Source: Deinococcales bacterium | GTDB taxonomy: Bacteria > Deinococcota > Deinococci > Deinococcales > JAAFIG01 | Assembly (NCBI GenBank): GCA_043778225.1 | Contig: JAYWGM010000082.1 | Coordinates: forward strand, 1-16,533 | Direction of reading: 5' to 3' | DNA: 16,533 nt | Shown: one piece after another, positions 1 through 7,619 of the stretch | How the letters are laid out: each line of letters opens with the position of its first letter | Numbering within the stretch: position 1 is the first letter of the stretch | The notes under the pieces: model-generated | The model's input: the letters and a program-made list of their open reading frames with translations, nothing else | Database searches by the model: none | Told to the model about the DNA's origin: nothing | Translations under genes and position numbers: made by a program

Positions 1-35
1 CGGGCTGTTCGCGCTTCTCGCGTTAAATTCGGTAT
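1..35 (-). repeat. Partial repeat / putative IS200-type left-end copy running off the left edge of the window
   Basis: The reverse complement of 1-20 (cgagaagcgcgaacagcccg) matches 7811-7830 at 19/20, and 1-17 matches 7814-7830 exactly. The copy at 7811 lies upstream of a tnpA fragment. The minus strand here begins ATACCGAATTT. Confidence 0.55.
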
Positions 36-40
36 CGTTA

Positions 41-97
41 ATACTCCCGTTGGTCGGGTAAAGAATCAAAAAGCGATTCTTTACCTTAATTTGGTAT
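41..97. repeat. Short ATAC...GGTAT-bounded hairpin repeat (MITE/REP-like)
   Basis: tactcccgttggtcggg (42-58) is identical to 7798-7814. A perfect 11-bp stem, ggtaaagaatc/gattctttacc (57-67/75-85), closes the loop AAAAAGC, the same loop as the hairpin at 7756-7780. Confidence 0.6.
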
Positions 98-186
98 GAT
101 TGTCTAAAACCACCGAATCTTGTGCTGCTCGAGGTATCTAAGATTCCTCAAATGATAGACCACGCCACAACAAGGTAGACTGCCCC

Positions 187-723
187 ATGAAACAACGACT
201 TATCTTGCTGTTGACCTTTATTTTACTCGGCTCGAGCGCTGGCGCACAGCGTTTTTCAATCGAAGCGGGTTTGAGTAATTTTTTTGGTTTACCGGGAATT
301 GTGGTTGGCGCATACTTGCCAACCGAACCAACGGGCATCAGTGGCGGACGGGTTCATGCTTTTTTTGCTTCAGATGCCCTGAGTGCGCTTGGTTTTTTTG
401 GCGGTACTGGAAAAACAGGCTGGGTTTTTGGGGTGCGTTCTGAAGTTTTGATTGGTCAAAGCCTATTGCCCTTGGTTGGCGTGAATTCGGATGTGCTGGG
501 GGTCTATGCCAAACTTGGGCTACTGCTGATGATTGGTGACATCTCGAGGGCTGGCGGTGGCTTGTGGGCATTGCCTGTTGGAGTTGGTTTGGAAGTGGGC
601 GGTGGGCTGTTGTTGCAACTGCCTAATGTGGTTGGGGCATTTCTCGAGCTTGAGGCTGGCTACTTGTTGCCCGTCCAGTGGTACGCCTTACTGAGCTTTG
701 GTTTACGGGTACGGATTAGTTAG
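187..723 (+). CDS. Hypothetical secreted protein, probable small outer-membrane beta-barrel
   Basis: 178-aa ORF with a Sec-type signal (MKQRLILLLTFILLGSSAGA|Q), Gly-rich alternating hydrophobic strands and C-terminal LLSFGLRVRIS. Its stop codon directly abuts the next ATG. Confidence 0.6.
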   Translation: MKQRLILLLTFILLGSSAGAQRFSIEAGLSNFFGLPGIVVGAYLPTEPTGISGGRVHAFFASDALSALGFFGGTGKTGWVFGVRSEVLIGQSLLPLVGVNSDVLGVYAKLGLLLMIGDISRAGGGLWALPVGVGLEVGGGLLLQLPNVVGAFLELEAGYLLPVQWYALLSFGLRVRIS

Positions 724-1713
724 ATGTACCACCTGACTTTGATTGGTTTGGGCAATGTCAATCGCGGCTTATTGGAATTGCTTGAGCAAAAAAAAGCCGA
801 CCTTGCCGCGTTGGGTATCGAATTTCTAATTACGGGTGTCTACTCGAGAAGACTTGGTTTTGTGGTTAATCCCAACGGCTTAGACATCAAAGCCTTGCTC
901 GAGAATAAGCTACCCGCCGACTCGAGCATTCAAAATGTAGTCGAATTTCTTAAAGCCGCCCAAACCAATGTGCTGTTTGAAGCCTCGAGCCTAGAACCGT
1001 TTAGCGGTCAGCCCGCCATAGATTATATTCGGGCGGCGCTGCAACTCGGCGCTCATGCAATTACCGCCAACAAAGGACCGATTGTTCATGCGGCTGCCGA
1101 ACTCGAGGCACTGGCGGTCGCCAACCACGTCAAATTTAGGTACGAAGCCACGTTTATGGGCGGCATCCCTATTTATAGTTTGTTGCGCGAGTGCTTACCT
1201 GTGGCAAAATTATTGCGTTTTTGTGGTTTACCCAACAGCACCAGCACCGTGATTCTCGAGGCATGGGAAAATGGTTTAAGTTACGAAGCAGGAGTGCGCC
1301 GCGCCCAAGAAATGGGGATTGCCGAAACCGACCCAAGTATGGATGTGGACGGCTGGGACAGCGCCGTTAAAATTGTTGGACTTGCCAACACGGTGATGAA
1401 GGCTCAGCTTAAACTCGAGGATTGCCAAGTGGTTGGTCTCCGTAGCTTAACCCCCGAACAAGTTCGTCATGCCAAAGCTGTCGGTCAACCCTACCGACTT
1501 GTGGCAAGACTTGAACAAACCCCGCAGGGTGTAACGGCTCGGGTGATGCCAGAGCAAGTTGAAGGAGTATTTGCCTTGGTCAGTGGCAACGATATGTTTG
1601 CCCGCTTTGAATTTGATGTTTTGCCAGCCATTGAACTCATTTCAAGAGATTCTGGTGCAAAAGAAACGGCTTACGATATGCTCAGTGACTTTGTGAACCT
1701 CGCCAAGCAGTAG
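724..1713 (+). CDS. hom: Homoserine dehydrogenase (short form, no ACT domain)
   Basis: N-terminal Rossmann loop LIGLGNV, ITANKGP, YEATFMGGIP and GIAETDPSMDVDGWDSAVK, which contains the family's conserved E/D/D/K residues. Confidence 0.85.
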   Translation: MYHLTLIGLGNVNRGLLELLEQKKADLAALGIEFLITGVYSRRLGFVVNPNGLDIKALLENKLPADSSIQNVVEFLKAAQTNVLFEASSLEPFSGQPAIDYIRAALQLGAHAITANKGPIVHAAAELEALAVANHVKFRYEATFMGGIPIYSLLRECLPVAKLLRFCGLPNSTSTVILEAWENGLSYEAGVRRAQEMGIAETDPSMDVDGWDSAVKIVGLANTVMKAQLKLEDCQVVGLRSLTPEQVRHAKAVGQPYRLVARLEQTPQGVTARVMPEQVEGVFALVSGNDMFARFEFDVLPAIELISRDSGAKETAYDMLSDFVNLAKQ

Positions 1714-1722
1714 ACTGAATCC

Positions 1723-2472
1723 ATGCCTAAACAAAGTGTTTGTTGGTGGTGCTTTGAGCATTTATTGAGACCACAAGAATTGGTTCTCGAGTCTGCCCGC
1801 ATTGGTTTTTTAGGCATCGAACTTGTGCCAGAAGAACACTTTGGGCTGGTCAAAGCCCACGGACTCGAGATTGCCACCCACCGTGGGCAGACGAGCATTG
1901 AACGCGGTTGGAATGATCGTGCAAACCATGCCGAACTCGAGCAAGAATTTTTGCAAAGCCTCAAGATGGCTCAAACTTGGCAGATTCCGACCCTGATTGT
2001 TTTTTCGGGCAACCGTTATGGCGTTTTGGATACAGATGGCACACAAATAGCTGCCGAAGGCTTGGCTCGAGTGCTTGGTCATGCCCAAGATGCGGGTGTC
2101 ACGATTGCGCTAGAGTTGCTGAATTCTAAAATCGACCACCCGCACTACATGGCAGACCAGACCGCTTGGGGACTCGAGCTTTGCCAGAGGCTACAATCGC
2201 CAAATTTTGGCTTACTGTACGATATTTACCATATGCAAATCATGGAAGGCGATGTGCTGCGAACGATTCAAAACTTGGGTTCTTGGTTTGTGCATTATCA
2301 TGTGGCTGGCAACCCCGGACGGCACGAACCAGATGCTACGCAAGAATTAAATTACCCAGCCATTGCAAAAGCCTTGGCTGGGTTTGATGGTTTTGTGGGG
2401 CAGGAATGGCAACCAACGGGCAATCCGATTTTGGGTCTCGAGGCTGCGTTTAAGACTTTTAAGCCCGACTAA
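1723..2472 (+). CDS. Hydroxypyruvate isomerase-family (xylose isomerase-like TIM barrel) protein
   Basis: Motifs ELLNSKIDH, LLYDIYHMQIMEGD, HYHVAGNPGRHEP, QELNY and GQEW are typical of the Hyi family. Confidence 0.85.
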   Translation: MPKQSVCWWCFEHLLRPQELVLESARIGFLGIELVPEEHFGLVKAHGLEIATHRGQTSIERGWNDRANHAELEQEFLQSLKMAQTWQIPTLIVFSGNRYGVLDTDGTQIAAEGLARVLGHAQDAGVTIALELLNSKIDHPHYMADQTAWGLELCQRLQSPNFGLLYDIYHMQIMEGDVLRTIQNLGSWFVHYHVAGNPGRHEPDATQELNYPAIAKALAGFDGFVGQEWQPTGNPILGLEAAFKTFKPD

Positions 2473-2476
2473 AGGT

Positions 2477-3844
2477 TTAGCCTTTTTCGCCGCCACTGAG
2501 TTGACCCGACACAAAGACTTGTTGGAAGCTGTAGTACAACAGCACAATCGGAATTGCCCCAAGCACGGCGGCAGCAGCAAATGTGCCGTATTCGACTGAA
2601 AATTGCCCAGTCGCAAAAGAGCGCAGACCGACACCGACATTCCAGTTTTGCGCTCCAGTCACCAAGACATTAGCGGTCAAGAATTCGGTGTATGTACCAA
2701 CAAACTGCATCAAGAAAATAAAAACCATCATTGGACCAGAAAGCGGCAAAACAATTTTGGTAAAGGCAGTCCAACGGGTGCAACCATCCACCAAGGCAGC
2801 TTCCTCGAGACTGGCAGGCAGGCTTTCGACATAGCCCTTATAAATCCAAGTGCCGAACGAAACCGCGCCGCCGGTATAGGCAATCACCAAGCCCGGTAGA
2901 CTTTCGGTTAAGCCAAGGCGATACACAAGTTCGTACATCGCCACCAGACCCAAAAGGGCTGGGAACATTTGAATAAAAATAAGAAACATCAAAAATTCAA
3001 AGCGCCCCGGAAAACGCAGTCGGGCTAAACCATAGCCAGTCGTGGTGCAGAGCAGCACGGTTAAAATACCAGTTGCTCCAGAGACCAAAAAGGTATTGCG
3101 AATCCAGAGTAAGAATTTACTCGAGTTACTAAAGCCTGTAAATTGGTCTATGGTTAAAGACCCAAAGAAAGCAAAGACACCCAGCACCGCAATCCAAGTC
3201 GAAACCAAGCGGGCGCGGTTGGTGCTTGGGTCTACCCGTCCGCCACCGTTGCGCTGCACCAGCACCCAGATGACCCCAATGCCAAGAATACCAGCCGCCG
3301 AAACAGCCAGCAGAATCCATTGCCACGAGTAAATAACGACACCATCAAACAGCTTGGCATAATTGGCAAAACTCATCCCTTCAAGACTCGGCAGGACTCG
3401 AGACCGAATTAAAAGCGGTTCTTGACTGCTGCCCAGTGTGGCTTGGGTCAAGCGGTTAAGTGGGTCAAACGAGGCACTGACGACATAAAAAATTGGATAC
3501 AAAGAAAACAGAATCACAAACCAAAAAAAGACATGGGTCAGTTGGTCGTTTAAGACCGATAAATACTTGACTTTGCCATATTTTCTGCTAGCCTGACCAA
3601 TCAGTTGACCAATAAAACTTGTGCCGCAAACCAGCGCAATTAAGCCCAGCACCACCAACAGCGTGGTGATGCCCGCGTTAGCTGGGCGGATAATCGCAAA
3701 CGAAGGACCTTGAACCCTCGAGTTGAGGTCGCGCCCAAGAAAAAATAAAACAATCAGCACACCAGCCAACAGACTCCAATTCAGCACCACCCGCCAGACT
3801 GGAGTACGTTGTTCGTATTGCATTGGGGCATTCGGGCTACTCAT
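2477..3844 (-). CDS. malG: Maltose/maltodextrin-type ABC transporter permease (MalG-like, N-terminally extended)
   Basis: EAA loop ESLPASLEEAALVDGCT, GYGLARLRFPGR, IQMFP and multiple TM helices. ATGA overlap with the upstream permease at 3841-3844. Confidence 0.85.
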   Translation of the reverse strand: MSSPNAPMQYEQRTPVWRVVLNWSLLAGVLIVLFFLGRDLNSRVQGPSFAIIRPANAGITTLLVVLGLIALVCGTSFIGQLIGQASRKYGKVKYLSVLNDQLTHVFFWFVILFSLYPIFYVVSASFDPLNRLTQATLGSSQEPLLIRSRVLPSLEGMSFANYAKLFDGVVIYSWQWILLAVSAAGILGIGVIWVLVQRNGGGRVDPSTNRARLVSTWIAVLGVFAFFGSLTIDQFTGFSNSSKFLLWIRNTFLVSGATGILTVLLCTTTGYGLARLRFPGRFEFLMFLIFIQMFPALLGLVAMYELVYRLGLTESLPGLVIAYTGGAVSFGTWIYKGYVESLPASLEEAALVDGCTRWTAFTKIVLPLSGPMMVFIFLMQFVGTYTEFLTANVLVTGAQNWNVGVGLRSFATGQFSVEYGTFAAAAVLGAIPIVLLYYSFQQVFVSGQLSGGEKG

Positions 3845-5250
3845 TTGCTTGCCTCCTTAAACACACCAGCCGCACGGAAATTGAAAATCGAAATCACCAC
3901 GGTCAGCACCCCAACAATCACCGAAACTGCGCCAGCTAAGCCATACGCCTGAGCGCCAGCCCCCGTAAAAGCGGTATTAAAACCCCATGAAAGTAAAATA
4001 TCGGTGGCTCGAGCCGTGTTTTCGCGCCCTATTTCGGCAGGTCCGCCACCAGTCAAAAGGTAAATAATCCCAAAGTTATTAAAGTTATAAGCAAAAGTTG
4101 CCAGCACAATCGGCGTGAAGGCGGCTTGGAGCATGGGTAAGGTAATAAACTGGACTTGCTCGAGTTTGGTTGCGCCGTCTACTTCGGCGGCTTCGTAAAG
4201 TTCGTCTGGAATAGCAGAAAGTGCGCCGAGTGTGGCGGTCATCATGTACGGAAAACCAAGCCAAAGATTGACCAACAAAATCGCTACTTTTGCCCAGAGT
4301 GGGTCGGTTAGCCACGGAATTGGCAGCCCACCAAATAAACCCAACAAGCGGTTTAAGCCACCAAAGTTCTGGTTGAGGAGGGCTACCCAAAGTTGAATCG
4401 AAATGACACCTGGCACAGCCCAAGGCAGAATCAGAATCGAGCGATAAAAGTTGCGGAATTTAAGGCGTTTGTTGTTTAATAAAATACCCAGCAGCAAACC
4501 AACAATGACGTTAATAATCGTGGTCGAGATGGCAAAAACCACAGTCCAAATCAAGACTGGATACAACTGGGTACTGGCTTTTGAAAAAATATCTTGGAAA
4601 TTGCCTAAGCCAATGTTGGCAACTGGGTTAATGCGCCGTACTCGAGTAATATCGGTCGGTAGGGCGGGTTGGTTGGGCGCAAGGGTGATGCTATTTCCAG
4701 CCACTTGCAGCACATAATAGGTTGGTCCCGGTTTACCAATTTCGGCATCGGAACGCACTTCAATGGGTTCATTGACACAACCTGTTTGGCGGCAAGCCAG
4801 CGTCTCGAGTTTTGATTCGCCAGTTAATTCGAGCGTATTTGCCCCAGTCGTTCTGACCGAAATTTCGGTGGTGCTGTCTGGGCGGTCGTTGTTTTGCGAA
4901 TTAAAATTGGTAAAGGCATAGCCAAAAGTCATGATAATGGGGTAAACTGTAAACGCCAGCAAACAAATAATGGCTGGCAGCATATAGTACCAGCTAATCA
5001 GCCACGGAAAAAACCGCACCGCAATCAGCAATAAAGGAATCAGTGCCAGCACCACAAAAACCAGCAAAATCCAAGGTTTTATGGTTGGAATTGCGGCAAT
5101 CACCGCACTGGTCAAGACTGTACCGACCAGTAAACCCAAAGCACAAATCCCTAAAACCAAACCAATTGCAAAAGCAACACCAGCGCTTCCCTCTGGGGGT
5201 TTATTTGAGCCAATCCCAAACATATCTGGCTTTGCAGTCATCATCGCCAT
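3841..5250 (-). CDS. malF: Maltose/maltodextrin-type ABC transporter permease (MalF-like)
   Basis: LILPWAVP, VNLWLGFPYMM, EAA loop AIPDELYEAAEVDGA, FAYNFNNF and TDILLSW, plus a periplasmic loop. RBS AAGGAG lies upstream. Confidence 0.87.
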   Translation of the reverse strand: MAMMTAKPDMFGIGSNKPPEGSAGVAFAIGLVLGICALGLLVGTVLTSAVIAAIPTIKPWILLVFVVLALIPLLLIAVRFFPWLISWYYMLPAIICLLAFTVYPIIMTFGYAFTNFNSQNNDRPDSTTEISVRTTGANTLELTGESKLETLACRQTGCVNEPIEVRSDAEIGKPGPTYYVLQVAGNSITLAPNQPALPTDITRVRRINPVANIGLGNFQDIFSKASTQLYPVLIWTVVFAISTTIINVIVGLLLGILLNNKRLKFRNFYRSILILPWAVPGVISIQLWVALLNQNFGGLNRLLGLFGGLPIPWLTDPLWAKVAILLVNLWLGFPYMMTATLGALSAIPDELYEAAEVDGATKLEQVQFITLPMLQAAFTPIVLATFAYNFNNFGIIYLLTGGGPAEIGRENTARATDILLSWGFNTAFTGAGAQAYGLAGAVSVIVGVLTVVISIFNFRAAGVFKEASK

Positions 5251-5276
5251 GTTGCTCTCCTTTTAAGAACCAACGC

Positions 5277-5309
5277 AAACACCCCGCTCTGTAAAAAAGC
5301 GGGGTGTTT
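5277..5309. terminator. Intergenic stem-loop between malE and malF (terminator-like / mRNA-stabilising)
   Basis: Perfect 12-bp stem aaacaccccgct/agcggggtgttt with a 9-nt loop. The T-rich tail is on the + strand (tttatttt); the operon (-) strand has only TTT. Confidence 0.7.
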
Positions 5310-5355
5310 ATTTTAAGACTCGAGCTTATTCATAGATAACCTCGAGACCAAGCAA

Positions 5356-6588
5356 TTACTTCTTGTTGATGGCAGCCTTGATTTGCTTCACGCCTTCGCC
5401 AAGTAAGCTGGCGGCATCAGCGTTGGCAGTTTTGATAATCAGGTTCTGAGCGTCGCCCCAAGGACCCCAAACCTGACCCATTTCTGGGATGTTTGGCATT
5501 GGAATACCTTTGGCAATGGCTGCGCCAAATCCGGCTGCCACTGGGTCTTTGCCCAATTGACGAACCGCACTTTTACTAATTGGTAAGCGTCCGCCAATTT
5601 TGTTGAGGCTGATTTGGTTAGCGTTGCTGACCAAGAACTTAGCAAATTCGGAAGTGACCGGTTTTTGTTTGCTGTAGGCATTCATGACCAAGCCACGAAC
5701 ACCAAGGAAGGGTTGGAAGTCTTGGGTTGCACCAGTTGGGCGTGGTGGTAAGCCGATACCATAGCTAATGCCAGCTTTTTTGATGTCTGCCATTTTCCAA
5801 GGACCGTTCAGCCACATCGCTAAGTTACCCTTGAGGAACAAATCGGTTTGCAGACCATCGTCTTCTGCACCTTCTGGAATCAATTTGTGCTTAAAGCGCA
5901 AGTCGGCAAGCATCTGGGCAGCTTTAATCGAACCTGCGTTGTTTAAGCCAATATCGGCGGTGTTAAAGCTGCCATCTTTATTTTTGCCGAAGACATAGCC
6001 ACCAAAAGCGCGGTAGAAACCATGCTGGTGGTACTGAATACCGATTGGGCTTAGGTAGCCAAATTGTTGTTTTTCGGCATTGGTCAGGTTTTGGGCAACT
6101 TTAATAAACTCGTCCCAAGTTTTTGGAATACCACCTGGCAAGAGCTTTTTGTTGTAAATAAGCGCCACAGCTTCGCCCCACATTGGAATACCGAAAGTAC
6201 GACCTTTGTAATTAAAAGCATCCAAGCTGCTTTCGGCAACGTCGGCTTTGAAGGCTACGCTCAGGTATTTATCCATTGGCTCGAGAACACCAGCGCTGGC
6301 AAATTGACCAACTTGGTCGTGTGGGATTGTGGCAATCAGGTCAGGACCCTCACCTTTTGGGGCGCTTTGGATAAACTTATCGCGGTTTTCGCCCAGTGGC
6401 ACTGCCACAATCTCGAGCTTTGCACCTTTGGCTTGTGGGGTCTTTTCAAAGGCATCGGCGGCTGCCGAGAACCATTTGAGTTCTTCGGTTGCAAAATCCG
6501 TCCAGATAACGAGTTTACTTTGTCCTTGTACTGCTCCTGCCGCAAGCGCGAGGCTGAGTGCGGCGACAACTCCTGCTACTTTCTTCAT
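5356..6588 (-). CDS. malE: Maltose/maltodextrin ABC transporter substrate-binding protein
   Basis: Sec signal without a lipobox Cys. Motifs GEGPDL, PHDQVGQFA, ALIYNKKLL, NGPW, PFLGVRG and PMPNIPEMGQVW. RBS GGAGG. Confidence 0.88.
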   Translation of the reverse strand: MKKVAGVVAALSLALAAGAVQGQSKLVIWTDFATEELKWFSAAADAFEKTPQAKGAKLEIVAVPLGENRDKFIQSAPKGEGPDLIATIPHDQVGQFASAGVLEPMDKYLSVAFKADVAESSLDAFNYKGRTFGIPMWGEAVALIYNKKLLPGGIPKTWDEFIKVAQNLTNAEKQQFGYLSPIGIQYHQHGFYRAFGGYVFGKNKDGSFNTADIGLNNAGSIKAAQMLADLRFKHKLIPEGAEDDGLQTDLFLKGNLAMWLNGPWKMADIKKAGISYGIGLPPRPTGATQDFQPFLGVRGLVMNAYSKQKPVTSEFAKFLVSNANQISLNKIGGRLPISKSAVRQLGKDPVAAGFGAAIAKGIPMPNIPEMGQVWGPWGDAQNLIIKTANADAASLLGEGVKQIKAAINKK

Positions 6589-6626
6589 GGTCTATCCTCC
6601 GTTGGCGCACAGTTCTCGTAGCTGTT

Positions 6627-6640
6627 TGGTAGCGCTTCCA
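6627..6640. promoter_or_regulatory. Putative LacI/GalR-family (MalR-like) operator upstream of malE
   Basis: TGGTAGCGCTTCCA is a 12/14 palindrome with the central AGCGCT typical of LacI-family operators, about 40 bp upstream of the malE start. Confidence 0.6.
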
Positions 6641-6736
6641 TACTCGAGAGTATGGTAAAGCCCTCAAAAACAAGACATGATTTGGCTGTTTGCCTAGCCA
6701 AGATGCTAACACAAGACCTCGTGAAGTGCTAGAGCG

Positions 6737-7471
6737 CTAGTCCTCTAAAGCATCAAGATTAAGATTACTATAAACACTCTGGACATCATCCAATTCCTCG
6801 AGTGCTTCGAGCAAACGCAGCACCTTAGGGGCATCTTCGGGGCTGACATCGACGGTGTTTTCGGCAAGACTGGTAAACTCGACACTGATTGGCTCGAGTC
6901 CACTTTGACGAAAACTTTCGGCAATACCAATCATATCGGTAAAGGAAGTATAAACATCCATGCGGTCTTCGCCATCTTCGTCGTAAACCTCGAGGTCGGT
7001 TGCCCCTAAATCCATTGCCATCAGTTGGGTATCGTCGTCGTTTTTGGCTAAGGTGATTAACCCTTGGCGCTCGAACATCCATGCCACACCACCGCTCATG
7101 CTGCCACCGTGCTTGGTAAAGGCGTGGCGCACTTCGCCGGCTGTGCGGTTGCGGTTGTTGGTCAAGCCATACACCAGCACCGCCACACCAGCCGCTCCAT
7201 AGCCTTCATAAATCACTTCATCGAGTTGCGCCGCTTCGCCACCACCGAGGGCTTTTTTAATTGCATTAGCGATGTTATCGGCGGGAACACCATCACGCTT
7301 GGCTAAAGAAAGTGCATTTTTTAAGCCTAGGTTGGCTGCGGTGTCGCCACTGTTGCCATTTCGTACTGCCACCGAAATAGCTGCCAAGTGCTTAGAATAC
7401 ATTGCCCCACGTTTTTTGTCGGTGACTGCTTTTTTGCGCTTAATTTGCGACCATTTGCTATGCCCTGCCAT
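6737..7471 (-). CDS. yebC: YebC/PmpR (TACO1) family protein
   Basis: Hallmark N-terminus MAGHSKWSQIKRKK, YEGYG, TNNRNRT, and C-terminal LEELDDVQSVYSN. Confidence 0.95.
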   Translation of the reverse strand: MAGHSKWSQIKRKKAVTDKKRGAMYSKHLAAISVAVRNGNSGDTAANLGLKNALSLAKRDGVPADNIANAIKKALGGGEAAQLDEVIYEGYGAAGVAVLVYGLTNNRNRTAGEVRHAFTKHGGSMSGGVAWMFERQGLITLAKNDDDTQLMAMDLGATDLEVYDEDGEDRMDVYTSFTDMIGIAESFRQSGLEPISVEFTSLAENTVDVSPEDAPKVLRLLEALEELDDVQSVYSNLNLDALED

Positions 7472-7582
7472 AAAAACCCCCTAAAACTCGAGAACCAAAA
7501 ACCATTGGCGGCTCGAGTCGTCTGGTGGCGGGTAAATGGCTTCGTAAACAACACAATTCACAACCCGCAAAGATTAACATAC

Positions 7583-7611
7583 TTGCGCCAGCCTTGGGCT
7601 GGTGCTATTGT
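7583..7611 (+). promoter_or_regulatory. Putative sigma70 promoter of tRNA-Ala
   Basis: TTGCGC (7583-7588), 17-bp spacer, TATTGT (7606-7611) with a TGn extension, ending 8 bp before the tRNA. Confidence 0.55.
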
Positions 7612-7619
7612 TTTTTTAT

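Noticed and set aside
170..180. 11-bp match (acaaggtagac) to the reverse complement of 9288-9298
   Set aside because: Too short, and the second arm of the palindrome is absent; compatible with chance.
6064..6621. 185-aa + strand ORF and the other short alternative-frame ORFs in the track
   Set aside because: They are shadows of well-supported genes (here antisense to malE) with no recognisable motifs.
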